Below are positions 1 through 13,140 of a DNA stretch of 64,000 nucleotides, piece by piece; position 1 is the stretch's first letter, and the number at the start of each line of letters is the position of its first letter. The stretch lies in the NCBI GenBank assembly GCA_964016885.1, contig OZ024743.1, positions 354,330,001 through 354,394,000 on the forward strand, given 5' to 3'. The notes under the pieces were generated by a model. The model was not told the origin of the DNA, searched no databases, and saw only the letters and a program-made list of their open reading frames with translations. Origin of the DNA: Eledone cirrhosa. Taxonomy: Eukaryota. Both the position numbers and the translations under genes were made by a program.

Positions 1-1698
1 GATGATATCATCAAAATCACACCACTTCATCACCTCTGATGCTACTCCATCTTCTCCATGAGCCTTGCCCTCCTTGATCTTCTTCTTGGCTCTCTGAAGC
101 TCCTCTCTGGTGAAGGGCTCTGTCTCAACATCCAGTTCCTCAAACAGCCGCCTGATCTCCCCAGTGCTCTGGGCTGTGGAGGGTGGCTCTCCTAGTAGGG
201 TCCTAAAATGGTCTAGCCATTTCCTCTTCCTATCCTCGGGCCCCGTTCCCTGGATCTGACTCGAACACCTTTTCTTCCTCCCTGTGATCTCGTTGATGAT
301 CATCCAGCTCTCCTTACATCCAGATCTGTCAACCGCTCTCTCCACACTTCTGATCTTCTCTATCAGTGCCTCCTCTCTGACCTCAGTGTAAGCGGTACAG
401 AGCTCTTCCCTCATCACCTCCACAGTCTCCATCCTCTCCTCCGTAGGATCAGCATAGAATTGGTCCCTGGCAGCTTTCAGGTGTTCTCTGGCTGCACACA
501 CTTTTGGGTCTGCAGAGCTGACGTGCTTCCCTTTGTTCTTTTTCCTCGGCACCAGGGTTTCACTTGCTTTCGCCACTGCATTGGTGAAGTGCCCGTACCT
601 CCTCGTCACACTCTCCTCAGTCCATCCAATCTCTCTCTCCTCTGACTCTCCACACAGAGCACTAAACCTGTTTCTCACTTCCACTGTGAACCTCTCCTGT
701 AGCTTATCATCTTCCTTGAAAGCTCCCCAGTCATAGATTGTTCTCCGGGGCTGAGCCTTGCTCTTTCTTAAGCTCACGCGGACCTCACTCATAACAAGCC
801 GGTGGTCACTACCCAGTGTACTGAAATAGCTGTATGGTTCCGTGTTCAGAACACTATTCCGCCACTTTTTCCTCACCAGAATGAAATCAATCTGGGACTT
901 GGACAGGTGCACATCTGAGATGTAGGTCCACATCTTCCCCAGATTCTTCCTAAACCTTAGGTTGGTCGCCATCAAGTTCGCCTCCAGCAGGGTGTCTCTC
1001 AGTAGTCTTCCATTTCGGTTGGTGTTGTTATGGAAGTACCAGCAAGGATCTTCACTGCCCTCCTTACTCAGATGTGCATTGAAGTCCCCCAAAACAAGCA
1101 GGATATTGTGTGCCTGAGTGGTGTTGACAGCTCTACACACTTCCTCATGGAACTCCTCGGCATTCACATCACTGTCCCCCTCGGTTGGACTATAGGCTGA
1201 GATGACTGTCAGTCTTGGGTTTACATTGAAGGTCACCCTCAACACTCGCGGGGAGATAGGCATTATTTCCCTCACCAACAGATTGGTTTTTGCACTGAAC
1301 ACAAAACCCACTCCTCCTACTGCAGCATTTGTTGTGTTCTTCACTGCCGATGTAGTGATGAGCTGGCTCTTCCTCCCGATCATCACACTCCTCACGGGCT
1401 CATCGTGTAGAATCCTGTGTTCTTGGATCGCAAGTATCTGTATACCACTCTCCTCGAACAGATGTCCCAACTCCTCTCTCTTCTCCAGCGTTCGAATAGT
1501 CCTCACATTCAAAGTGCCCATTTTGATGGCTCTTCTGCAGGACAAAACTACATTCTTTATATTTGTCTCAGAGACAGCTGATCCATCATCCACTGGCCCT
1601 CTCTGTGGCTCTAAGCCAGCAGAGTCATAACGACCAGGCTGCTCCTTGACAGTGTAATTAGGGGCTCTAACCCTAGTGCTGTTAGATCGACTCTCCAT
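1..1698 (-). CDS. RTE/RTEX-type non-LTR retrotransposon ORF (APE endonuclease and linker); continues off the left edge of the window
   Basis: Translated by hand from the ATG at 1698: 566 codons with no stop. APE motifs MGTLNVRT, LAIQEHRI, ISAYSPT, LGDFNAH, QIDFILV and SDHRLV, then KAHGEDGV (the KAPGPDGI-like motif before RT). Missing from the ORF track because its stop lies outside the window. Confidence 0.9.
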   Translation of the reverse strand, partial: MESRSNSTRVRAPNYTVKEQPGRYDSAGLEPQRGPVDDGSAVSETNIKNVVLSCRRAIKMGTLNVRTIRTLEKREELGHLFEESGIQILAIQEHRILHDEPVRSVMIGRKSQLITTSAVKNTTNAAVGGVGFVFSAKTNLLVREIMPISPRVLRVTFNVNPRLTVISAYSPTEGDSDVNAEEFHEEVCRAVNTTQAHNILLVLGDFNAHLSKEGSEDPCWYFHNNTNRNGRLLRDTLLEANLMATNLRFRKNLGKMWTYISDVHLSKSQIDFILVRKKWRNSVLNTEPYSYFSTLGSDHRLVMSEVRVSLRKSKAQPRRTIYDWGAFKEDDKLQERFTVEVRNRFSALCGESEEREIGWTEESVTRRYGHFTNAVAKASETLVPRKKNKGKHVSSADPKVCAAREHLKAARDQFYADPTEERMETVEVMREELCTAYTEVREEALIEKIRSVERAVDRSGCKESWMIINEITGRKKRCSSQIQGTGPEDRKRKWLDHFRTLLGEPPSTAQSTGEIRRLFEELDVETEPFTREELQRAKKKIKEGKAHGEDGVASEVMKWCDFDDII

Positions 1699-1919
1699 AT
1701 TTCTTTTCAATGGCTGACAATACCTTACCGGCGCCACTCGAATAAGGTAGTTATTTAACCCATAAATGGAGCCCTAACAGGTACTACCACCCCGGGCCAG
1801 GGCAGACCTGGGAGTCATGACAACTAAGGGGTAACTCCATATTCCCCACATCTCCTGAACTCCCGAACTGGAGCCTTGCCACTGGATGTAGTTTAATGTC
1901 ATACCCAAGACATGTCTTG

Positions 1920-1920
<1 letters not shown>
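1..1920 (-). mobile_element. RTE/RTEX LINE, 5' portion with about 220-bp 5' UTR
   Basis: The ORF above plus a GC-richer UTR at 1699-1920. The UTR ends in a 16-bp palindrome (ccaagacatgtcttgg, 1905-1920) next to a (TA)n tract. Confidence 0.85.
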
Positions 1921-1951
<31 letters not shown>

Positions 1952-1963
1952 ATATATATATAT

Positions 1964-2460
1964 ATTAGGTAGTAACGCATGCTTACGCCGTAGTTGACTA
2001 AATAGAATGTCTATTAGTTGGGATTTAAAAAAAAATCTATTTAAATGAAAAGAAAGGATGCGTATTAGAAGCTTTATAACCACAGCAAGTATATATATAT
2101 ATATGTATATAACTAGGGAGATACAGACTAATTCTATTTAGTCAAATACGGCGTAAGCATATCTTACTGCCTAATTTTCAGATTCGCTAGCCTGCTCCCT
2201 ATTTATATACATATGTTTATATATCTTCTAATTAATTGAAAGGAAGTATGGGTGGCGTGTTTGTCTAATGGTAACACATTGGTCCAGCAAACCAAAGATG
2301 TGGTTTCGTGTCCCATGTACATCAATACTCTTCCTTTCTTTTCATTCAGAGAGATTTAAAAAAATCCCAACTAATAGATATTCTATTTAGTCAAATACGG
2401 CGTAAGCATATGTTACTATCTAATTTTCAAATTCGCTAGCCATTTCTAAACAAAGCCTGC
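1964..2460. mobile_element. Small tRNA-headed repeat present as an inverted copy plus partial tandem copies
   Basis: The block ttctatttagtcaaatacggcgtaagcat...ttcgctagcc occurs at 2132 and 2381 (+) and inverted at about 1968-2010. A-box-like tgtctaatggtaa and B-box-like ggtttcgtgtcc lie at about 2260-2315. Confidence 0.55.
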
Positions 2461-2995
2461 TTTGTGACCCCCTATATATATCTATATATATAAACATTTG
2501 AAGGGAAAGTGTGAGACAATTAATCAACTTACAATTTTAAATAAGCCGTACTACTTTACAGAACGGTTTGGCGTTCAAATAGGAAACTAAGTTATTTTGT
2601 TCGCCGTCAGCATCAGTTTTTGTTAAGGTGAACTCTGATAGACAGAATTTTATGGATTCTAGTATTGGTTGCTATCAATATATCTTAACATTACGAATAC
2701 AACATTGATGGAGTTAAATAATGTTTCTGCTGTAGTTATGTGACAATTTGACTGGCAAGTAGAAACAGAATGGACGTCAGCTGGTTCAGTGTGGTGGTGA
2801 TAGTGATGGCGGATATAGTGGTTTAGAAGTAAAAGGCGTCAAAAGAACGTTGTCGCAGAGGTGTGTGCTCCTGTTACAGCTTATTTCTTTACGCAAATAA
2901 AGGCAGCTACGTGTCTAAATTTCAGAGATTGACTGACAAGGAATTTACACATTAAAACAGATAAAAGGAGGGCTATTAACGAATATCCCCACGCC

Positions 2996-3040
<45 letters not shown>

Positions 3041-3048
3041 CATTTAAT

Positions 3049-3096
3049 TGCAGACAATCGTTTCTTCCAAACTTTCGTTTGGTGTCATCGGAGCAT
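3049..3096 (-). ncRNA. Decayed minimal type I hammerhead ribozyme motif
   Basis: Minus strand: tgct CCGATGA ca ccaaac-gaaa-gtttgg aa GAAAC gatt GTC tgca. There is one core mismatch (U4>C) and the bases of stems I and II are mismatched. Confidence 0.5.
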
Positions 3097-3189
3097 TATC
3101 AATGTTTGTACATATAATTAACCTCCTATTCCTGTTTATAGTTGTTTATAGTATATACATAACTATAAATAGTATCATTATTATATATA

Positions 3190-3225
<36 letters not shown>

Positions 3226-4012
3226 TGTATGTATGTATGTATGTATGTATGTATGTATGTATGTATGTATATATGAGGGAGCTTATAGATAGGACAAGAC
3301 ACGCTGTCTTTTCGTGGGGTAAGTTTTTAATTAATTTTTGTATTCTGAAACATCAAAATACAACAATTTGTTGGTCACTGGACTCGGGAATGTCACAACA
3401 GAAGTTTGTGGAAGTTTTTAGTATATTTTAGTATATTTTAGTATATTTTAGTATATTTTAGCAGAGCAATCCTTATTTATATTTTACATTTTACATTTAC
3501 TTACATCTCAATATAACATGGCTAAAATTCAAATTTTGCAAAGAGAAGAAAACGGTCAAATGAACTAGATACACCGCACTGTCCCCCGCCACCACATAAC
3601 TTCTACACTCTCTCCCCACCATCACATGTCATTACCCTATCTAGACTAAAGTCATCGACCTTTGTCAAACTCTCTACTCTCTGTTGAATGTGTATATATA
3701 TATGTATGTATATGTGTGTATATACATCATTCAGTCAAACGACCAGATTTCAACCCCAACATCTACAACAACAACACCGGCACTAATGTTTACAGCAACA
3801 ACAGCTTCAGAATGAACTGAAATGAACATTTACAACAACAACAACAACAACAACAGCGGCATCAAAAGATTAAAAAAAAAAAAATCAAAATAACAAAACA
3901 CACACACGCACACGCACACAACACAACAACAACATCAACTGCCACCACCACCACTACCGCCGCCGCTATCACCATCACAAGCGACCGGGCCTTAAGAAAT
4001 CAACTTTAATAA

Positions 4013-4166
4013 TAATTTTTCTGCTTTTAGCACGGATCCAGCGACTGGCCCAGCGCATCACTGGTACTCTCTTTTGTTGACTCCGTGGGGATGAGGGGCA
4101 AGGTTGACCTCGGCGGGATTTAAGCTCAGAGCGTGGAGAGCCATAACTCTATGCTGTAAAGCAATT
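4013..4166 (-). mobile_element. Diverged tRNA-derived SINE, same family as 19630, 41010 and 41937
   Basis: The reverse complement contains ctgagcttaaatcccgccgaggtcaaccttgcccctcatccccacggagtcaac...gtaccagt, matching the other copies. Confidence 0.7.
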
Positions 4167-4266
4167 ATAATAATACTGGACTGTAGTACGATCGGCTTCA
4201 ACTATACAAACTCTTGAAAGTCAACAGTTGACATAATCTTGTAATCTTGTATCAGTAATGACGGTA

Positions 4267-4302
<36 letters not shown>

Positions 4303-4431
4303 AAGTGAGTAGAGTAGCGTGTGTGTGTTTGTTTGTATGTATGAGTGTTGCTGTGTGCGCGCATATGTATGCGCGTGTGTGTATGTCGTACGTATAAGTG
4401 TCAATAAGTGATTTTTTTTTTTTTTTTTTTT

Positions 4432-4709
4432 GGATGCCCGATCGCGCAGTTAAACCACTGGGAGTGAAGAACCCCTAGCCCTTGTCAGGGCATTCTTCTA
4501 GGAGAAGGCATCTCAGGAAACTGGGTTAACTCCGACATAAAACCTGCGGCTCAGTAGTTTCCGATGATGTTGATCTTTTCTTCTTTTCGGGTTATAGCTA
4601 CTGTCGCTCAGAGAGTGGGATTGGCTCAGTGCACAGTCTTTCCTCACTTTAAAAATATTCGTCACGCACAGGCATTGCACGAGTGCATTAATAATTATTA
4701 ATAGTGTAC

Positions 4710-4751
<42 letters not shown>

Positions 4752-7700
4752 TATTATTACTTTTTTTTTTTTTTTTTTTTTCCCAATTCAATGATGTTCC
4801 AGAACAATATAAAAGAGATAATTGGCAATTTAGGTTCTGGAACAAAAAAGATCATTGGCAATAAGGGCAGGGGTCCCAGGTTATCACAGCCTGGGCCCGC
4901 TCGTAATCGTGCCATTGTAATAGAGCCAAACAAGGCATTTAGTCTTGGCTGCTGGAACGTACGGACGCTGCTTGACAGGGATTCCTTGGAGCGTCCTGAA
5001 CGAAGGACCGCTCTTGTTGCAAAGGAGCTTCGACGTTACGATCTTGACATCGTGGCTTTATCTGCGACGAGGTTAGCTGGAGATGGTTATCTTACGGAAT
5101 TTTGTGGAGAATATACATTATTCTGGAAAGGAAGAGATGAAGGAACCAAAAGAGAGGCTGGGGTAGGATTTGCTGTTAAGGCTGTACTTGTGAACAAATT
5201 ATAAGAATTCCCAGTGGGGATTAGTGAGCGTCTTATGTCCATGAGAGTTCCGCTGGACAAGGGAAGATATGCTACCCTGGTGAGTGTGTATGCTCCAACT
5301 ATGAATTCTGTCGATGAAGAAAAACTGTCCTTTTACCATGCCTTGAAAGGTGTTTTAAGAAATATCCCTCAGGCAGACAAAGTCATCGTGCTTGGTGACT
5401 TTAATGCTAGAGTGGGTAGGGATTTTAACACATGGAATGTAATCGGAAGGCATGGGGTGGGAAAGTGTAACAGCAATGGTATGCTCCTGCTTCAGATGTG
5501 TGAGGAGCTGGATCTGTGTGTTACCAACACCATGTTCCAACAAAAGAACAAATTCAAGACCACATGGATGCATCCTGCATCTAAGGAATGGCATCTTTTG
5601 GACTACGTCCTAGTCAGGATGCGTGGCAGACAGGATGTGCAGTGTGTTCGTGTTCTTCGTGGAGCTGAGTGCTGGACGGACCACCGCCTGGTACGCGCAA
5701 AAGTGAAACTAATCACTAAACGTAAAATCCGGGCTCCTGGTGTTACCCTGCCCAAAAGATTGAATGCTGCTCGTCTTAAGGATAAAAATGTGAAGAGGAC
5801 ATTGGAAGAAGAGATGCAGGCTGTAGATCTTGGTGAGGATTGGCCGACCCTTAAAAAGTCGGTTTATGATGTAGGAAGGCGTGTTCTGGGATTGGCGCGG
5901 AGGAAACATCAGGACTGGTTTGATGAGAATGATGTACATATAGAAGACTTGTTGGCTGATAAGAGGCGTGCTCTGTCACGCTACTTGACGGCAAAACCAC
6001 AGGAGAGGAATACGTTGCATGAGGAACTCAGGGATGTAAAATCACGTGTTAGGCGGAGTCTTTCTCAGATGAAGGAGCAGTGGTGGAGTGAGAAGGCTGG
6101 TGAGATACAAACTGCGTCTGATTTCAATAACACAAAGCTGTTGTACAGTCTCTTGCGTGAGGTTTATGGACCGTCTTCTTCTCTGGTGACACCGCTTCGT
6201 AGCACGGATGGCAAAGAACTTCTTCGTGACTGACAAGGAATTCTACGAAGGTGGCGAGAGCACTTTGATGATCTTTTGAATCAGCCGTCTGTTGTCAGTG
6301 AAGATTTCCTCAATCTCATTCCAGAAAGTCCTGTGAAAGTAGCTCTCGCAGAACCTCCGACGCTTGTGGAGGTTGCAGTGGCTATTTCGAAGCTGAACAG
6401 TGGAAGATCTCCAGGTATGGATGGCATACATGCTGAGCTCCTACAATATGGCGGTGAGAGACTCCTGCAGCATCTTCACTCTTTGTTTGGCAGGATATGG
6501 GCTAATGAATCCGTACCTGATGACTGGAGATATGCAGTAATGGTGGTTTTGTAAAAGTGAAAGGGTAACAGGAACGATTGTGGGAATTACAGAGGTATAT
6601 CATTGCTTTCTGTCGTATGGAAAGTTTTATGTTGGGTGCTTCTGGACCGTCTGCTGACACATTGCAGATTGTGTTCTTCCTGAAAGTCAATCTGGTTTTC
6701 GTGCTGGACGCGGCACTACTGATATGATCTTCTCAACTAGACAGCTCCAGGAGAAGTGCATGGAACAAGGCTTGGATCTGTATCAGGTTTTTGTCGATCT
6801 GACAAAAGCTTTCGATACTGTTAACAGAAATGCATTATGGAAGGTTCTCCAGAAACTTGGTTGCCCTGATAAGTTCCTTGCTTTAGTTAGGTCTTTCCAT
6901 GACGACATGAAGGCTTGGGTTAATGTCGGGGGTAACATGTCGGAGCCTATCTCAGTAAAAAATGGAGTGAAACAGGGGGATATTCCAGCACCGACCCTGT
7001 TTGCCATATACTTTGCAATGGTTTTCTGTATTGCATTCAGGAATTGCGAGCATGGTGTTTACATCCGATATCGAACCTCAGGCAGCATATTTAACATCAG
7101 GCGCTTTGCTGCGAAGACAAAAGTATTTACATCAATCATAAGAGACCTCTTGTATGCAGATGATTGCGATCTTGTAGCGCACACAGAGAGTGATATGCAG
7201 CACATTTTGAATGCATTTTCTGACGCTTGCACTGCCCTAGGTCTGACTGTCAGTCTCAAGAAAACCGTCGTCATGTACCAACCTGCCCCTGGTAAGCAGT
7301 ACACTGAACCAAATATCTATGTGTATGGCAAACGACTTGGAGTGGTTGATCAGTTTGTCTACCTGGGAAGCACTGTGAATCGATACAGTAACCTTGACAG
7401 TGAAATCTCACTTAGGATTAGGAAAGCAAGTGATGCTTACGGAAAGCTAGAAAGGCGACTCTGGGGTCGGCGAGACATATGCAGGAGGACAAAGATAAAG
7501 GTGTACAGGGTATGTATGCTCTCTTGTCTTCTTTATGCCTGCGAGACCTGGGTCACATATCGACACCACCTTAAGCAATTGGAGCGTTTCCATCAGATGT
7601 GTCTCAGACGGATCCATGGCGTTCGCTGGAGGGACCACATCAGTAATTCGAGATTTTGGAAAGCTCTATCTGTGACAGTATAGAAGCTCTTGTGCTTAAG

Positions 7701-8440
7701 CAACGACTCCGTTGGAGTGGTCACCTTGCCAGGATGAAGGATTCTAGAATACCAAAACAACTCTTTTATGGAGAGTTGGTTAAAGGAAAACGACCGCCAC
7801 ATAAACCCAAAAAGAGGTATGAGGATTCCTTGAAAGCCTCTCTGAAAGACGCTAACATCTCTGCTGATACATGGGAGAATATTGCTGCTGATCGTAATAA
7901 ATGGAGAAAGACTGTATATGAAGGAAAAGTTTCCTTTGAGGCATCTCGAATCGCATACGAGAAAGTAAAGCGGGATGTGAGGAAGGGCATTGCTGTTGCA
8001 CTTCCAGACGGCGAGGGTCCTCCTATGGTGCTGACATGCAGCGTATGTGCGAGACTCTGCCTAAGCAAAGCTGGTCTCGAAAGTCATCTTCGCAGTCATA
8101 AAGTAAGACCAGTGGTTGACTACCAGGCTGCTGTTGGAGATGCTACTCATCATGCTTGCCAAACATGTGGTAGAGAATGTAAATCAGCAGGAGGGCTCAA
8201 GCGACATGCAAAAGTACACGAACTCCAACCACAGCCGACTATTCCCAGTAAATGTTTTGGTTGCCGACTCTGTGCAAGACATTTTAGATCATTGGCTGGG
8301 CTAAAAAGCCACATTCGATCGCAGCGCTGTTAGTTGCTATCGTGTGTGTGTGTGTGTGTAGATATGCTTATGTGTGTGCGTGTGTGTGTATATATATATG
8401 TATATGTATATTATTATTGTTGTTGTCGTTATTATTATTA

Positions 8441-8481
<41 letters not shown>

Positions 8482-8518
8482 GTTATTAATGTATGTGTGT
8501 GTGTACATGTGTGTGTGA

Positions 8519-8598
<80 letters not shown>

Positions 8599-8622
8599 TA
8601 TTTTTTATTTTTATTTTATTTT

Positions 8623-8655
<33 letters not shown>

Positions 8656-8710
8656 TATTTTTTTCTTCTCGTGCAATAGCCATACTCGATAACGAGGGGG
8701 CAGCCATCAT
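4432..8710 (+). mobile_element. Near full-length RTE-BovB-like LINE, inactivated
   Basis: RTE-type 5' UTR (ctaggagaaggc). APE motifs WNVRTL, GDFNARVG, LDYVLV, TDHRLV. RT motifs FVDLTKAFDTV, GVKQGDIPAPTLF, LYADD, YLGS. C-terminal RLRWSGHLARM...RIPKQLFYGEL. The 3' end gccatactcgataacgagggggcagcc is followed by (AT)n. Confidence 0.92.
4791..8333 (+). pseudogene. Disrupted RTE EN-RT ORF ending in three C2H2 zinc fingers
   Basis: Split into ORF-track pieces 4704-5204, 5214-6233, 6276-6554, 6724-7683 and 7656-8333 by stops and frameshifts. Confidence 0.88.
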
Positions 8711-9599
8711 ATATATATATATACGTGAGCTTAATGTTAACTTCTTCAAGGCAGTTCTTTGCGTATGAAAAACAGGTTATATAAGCCCGTAGATACTGAA
8801 AAAAAGTGAACCTCACCTATAGTACTCAAACTCACACCTGTCGGATGTTGGACGTCATCATTACCATTTTGGTGTAATCCTTAATATGTATGTGTGTGTG
8901 TGAGGGTGTGTATTATACAAAAGAGGGAGCTGTGTGTTTATATACCTGTGATATGTTTATGTTTATATCTGTTTGTTAAACAGGTGTTTTAATGATGTTC
9001 CGTCGTTTTATGTCTCGAATCTTAGCAATTTAGAAATCGATAAAATAATTATTAAAAAAAATATTACTAGTATCAATATGATTGATTATACCATTGCAGG
9101 CGGTGGTTTGCCATAAATGCTGTCCTATGGCTTAAACCACTAATGGATGTGTAACTGCTTCATTCAGTTCATTATACAACGATCAATTTATCACTATTTC
9201 ACCATTATTTGAGCCAATCATAGACCAGTAAATTGTTACCAGTTTGTTCATGCAAGACCTATCTAAAAATAAATATACTTTTCATTTTTTCACTTGGCAG
9301 TAACACCTATGAAAATGGTCCTTTACTTTACTCCTCCGTTTATTACTTCCTCTCTCCCTTTTAGTGTCTTAGCTCTGTTTATCTTTGCCTGGAAAGGAAA
9401 GAGATTAATCTAACGCTCCATATTAGCAGAGGTTCAGGATTCCACGACACCGAACTGAACAGAACAAGGCACGTTAAGATGAATGAGAAACCATTTGCCG
9501 ATTGTTATCTTCAACAATTTAAAAATTCGACATCTGATATTTTCCCTTAATGTGTGATCATAGTCCATTAACATACGCTGGTACATCAAATAAACTCAT

Positions 9600-10440
9600 G
9601 ACTAGAAAATTAATTTAACGTATTTTAACAATATCGAATTACACATTTGACATTACCACCAAGAAATTGTATGTGAGCACATTCTGCCACACCTTATGCA
9701 CACCTATCGTATAATTAAAATTGTATAACCAAGCAGTAGCAATGTTGTGCTTCAACTTTTATTCAACAATTTTGTTAAAAAACAAAAACAAAAATGAAAT
9801 ACTTTCTCTAACTATTATTGTATTAATAAGATGGGAAAATGTCTATATTTTGTTGGCATGTGTAGAATAAAGGAAAACTAATACCATTGTATTATTGTTG
9901 TTATCTCTTTTTTACGATTAGTGACTCTTGGCGTCGAACAAACCGTTTTTGTTTGAACAGATACGGTTGAAACAACAATTTCTGATTAGATAACAAATGT
10001 TTCTTTTATGTCATTAGGCAATACATTTGTTTGTATGTTTATCAATACTGTTTACAACATTATTGCTTTCATCACGATGTCCCAAACAACACCACGTTCT
10101 CAATCAACCTTATGATTATGGCTGTTTCATTCTAGCCTCACAGAAAAAAAGCCTAGTTTACTGACGCAAGGCATAAAAAAAGCTAAACGTTTGCCTCCGC
10201 TTGAGCCAGAAATAATACAGAACCAATTTTAGTGCAGAAATCGCCATCTCTTACGCTATTTAGACCAAGAACAATAGGAACAATGATAAATGTACCTGGA
10301 ATTAATACGACACAGCTGTCACACCTTTTAATCATTGGTTTCCTATGTAAAAAAATGCATCTTGGACAATACCTACATAACTTTAATTATTCAGGTCCTG
10401 AAACAATATTTCTTTTGGTTTTGTTTGTAATTCAAAATTA
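9600..10440 (-). mobile_element. Possible very degenerate piggyBac-like transposase relic
   Basis: Scattered minus-strand peptides (DGDFCTKI, NVVLFGT, CSTPRVTNR, MVLVFLIL) fall in the order of piggyBac motifs (DNxFTS, VxLLSTxH, RxTxRWPM). No TIR or TTAA found; weak. Confidence 0.25.
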
Positions 10441-10999
10441 ATCAGTTTAACTTTTAAATTCAGCTTTAAACATGTATTTTTCTAATTTATTACACAAAAA
10501 CAAATATTTCCGTTCTCTTGGGTGGATTTATCATGCATTCGATTTTGATTGGTTTTATACACACATTTTACACACGTTCTCCTTTTAGCTATTTCACTCT
10601 GAAGTCGACAGCCAGTCTGTTACAAGCATCAATTTAAATAGACCTTCGTCTCTCTCCTTCTAACAAGTCTTAGAGGACCTGAAAATGACTAAGAGAACTG
10701 CCCTTTATACTGACTAAGCGATAAATAAATACAAAGGATACTTGACAATGAAAACACAAATCAGTTTGCATGGGCTATCGTACGGTACACTACACAATGA
10801 AGCCAAGACTGCAGAGTATGGCTTTTCGTATGAAAAATAAATGGAACATCTTAAACAATGAATATTTGAATGACAGTGACTTATCTACATTTCATGCTGG
10901 ACTAATTGCTGTGAGAGTACTAAACAATAACAAAAATAAAAGCATCACCACCACTACCACCATCAGATGATACATTTTCTAGTCATTTGTTCAACCAAA

Positions 11000-13140
11000 C
11001 TCATCATCATGACAGGTTTCCTCGAACAACGTTGATAATTGTACTTCTTCCCTTGTCCTTATTCATCATGGTTTCCGCGAGTTCATTCTTTCTAAGATTC
11101 ATGTCATTACAAACTGGCTCCAGAAATGTAGCATGAGGCTGACATCTTGTTCTACCATGTGTGGGTTCCTATAGCAGTAACTGATGTAATGCCTCTGCCT
11201 GATATCTTCGCCATACATAGTTTGAGACGGAGTCTTCTAGCCGTTATGACGTCCTTAATTGGTCTTAGGTCACCGTATAAAGAGACTCGTTTGTTCTGAG
11301 ATCCCTCTAAGATGCATTTTGCACTTTCTTCAGTGGTTTATTATATATGCAATCTAATTGCCTTTTGTGGGTGTCCAACACTCCGCTCCATACACAAGTG
11401 CACATTCAACTGTTGGCCGAAAGAATTTAACCTTTAGTTTGGTGTTCGGGTTTGATTTTCAAATGATATCCATTTTCTTTGCAACTGGCCAGGCTACGTT
11501 AATTCCAGTGCCCATGTATTTTTCTGAGGGGTTGATCCACGAAAAAGATACCTAAAATGATCAACTCTTTTAGGTAATTTCCATTTTGTGACCCAATATC
11601 ACCCTATTTCTGGTTGTATACAATATATTCCAGCTTCTCATGTGAAGTCCAATTGTTTCAACAGCCCATTCCACCTTGTGTAACAACAGCTGTGCTTTTT
11701 CGCAGGAGTCTGATAAGAGTGTGATATCATCTGCAAAATCAACACAACTTATTGTTATTTCAGGGTGTCTAGTGCTACGTGGAGGATGTAGTGTGTATTC
11801 TGTTTTGATAAGCGTGTTATGTATCTAGTCTCATTGCATATTTAAGTATTAATATGAAAAAGAACGGAGCTAGTGTGTATCCTTGAAGAATACTCGCATT
11901 CAGTTTGAAGAAGTGAGTTTCACCAACATGTAGCAGAACTTTTGCTTCCATGCTATCGTAGAGAGCAGCAGCTGCTTGTCACAATTTGCAACGGTGTTCA
12001 ATACACTTCTATTATTTGTTTGAGTTTACCCACGATGAATAGAATCGAAAGCTTTGCTAAAATCAATGAATATAACAACAGCTGGAAGGTTCTTAGCTTT
12101 TAATCTTTCAATGAATCTTCTCAGGGTCAGGATTTGTCCCAGCGCTGATATATCTGAACGAAATTGATTTTAACTCATGCGAAATATTGGTTCTAAATAA
12201 GGTTTAATTCTACGGAGTAGCATTTCGTTGTAGACTTTAGATGATATTACTGTAGAACTAATACCATGACAATTTTTGACATCAATAAGATCACCCTTTT
12301 TTTGGAAGCGTAGTGATACCGTTTTTGTTTGGCTTATATCAATGAAAGGTTCTGTTACACACGTCGAATAGTGCATCAACTAAGGCTTTAGTTTTGCAGA
12401 CATCGATTGGAATGCAATCGTGTCCTGCTCCTTTTTCCTTCTTGAAGAATTTGATTGTCTTCAAAAGTTCATCTATTGTGAAATCGTCATTAGCGATTGA
12501 TAATGTGTGATATTTTGTGATACGTGGTTATAAGAGAACACAAAGTCACGTTTGATATGATGTTGATTTTACCGTTTATAGATGGTAGCCTCAAGATCAT
12601 GTTTGGCTGCTTGGAACGATAATTATTTACCGAAATTTTGCTTTCTAATAATGCTTTTTGTGCTTCTTGAACTGGTTTTGTTTGGCTTTAATCTTATCGC
12701 TTTTCCATGACACACGTTGTTTTTTCTTCTCTAAATTTGGTATGGATTGATCAACAGCTTCTTTATGAGCAATCATGATGGTTTTATATATTTCATGAGC
12801 TGTTCTTTCTTCTGTGTTTGCTTGCAATGTATGAAACTGAAACGGTTTCTGACATTAGTTGTGATAGTATCATCAGTTAGCAATTTATTCCAATCATATT
12901 TCACCATTTTAGTTTGATTTTTTAAGTATGCTTAGACTGAGACTAAATTTGACAGAAACAATCTTTTGATCAGAATTTACTGATGCAAAAATGTTATAAG
13001 CTTCATAATTTAGCGCACTGTTTCTGCATTTATTATTTATTAGAATGTAGTCCAGTTGTGCTTTCAATTTATTGGGATATATGAAGGTCTATAACTTCCC
13101 TATTCCTCTCTTGTATTGTTGAATCAGGTTTATCAATGTG
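11000..13140 (-). mobile_element. Old, decayed RTEX-like LINE (APE C-terminus plus RT)
   Basis: Minus-strand peptides QLDYILINNK (about 13040), FIDFSKAFDSIHRGKL (about 12050), ILQGYTLAPFFFIL (about 11870) and VDFADDITLLSDS (about 11730), with many stops and frameshifts. Confidence 0.8.

Noticed and set aside
1202-1630. 142-aa + strand ORF
   Set aside because: Antisense shadow of the LINE ORF on the minus strand.
2555-2615. Minus-strand CTGACGG...CCAAACCGTTC, a possible fifth hammerhead
   Set aside because: Too many core substitutions to support.
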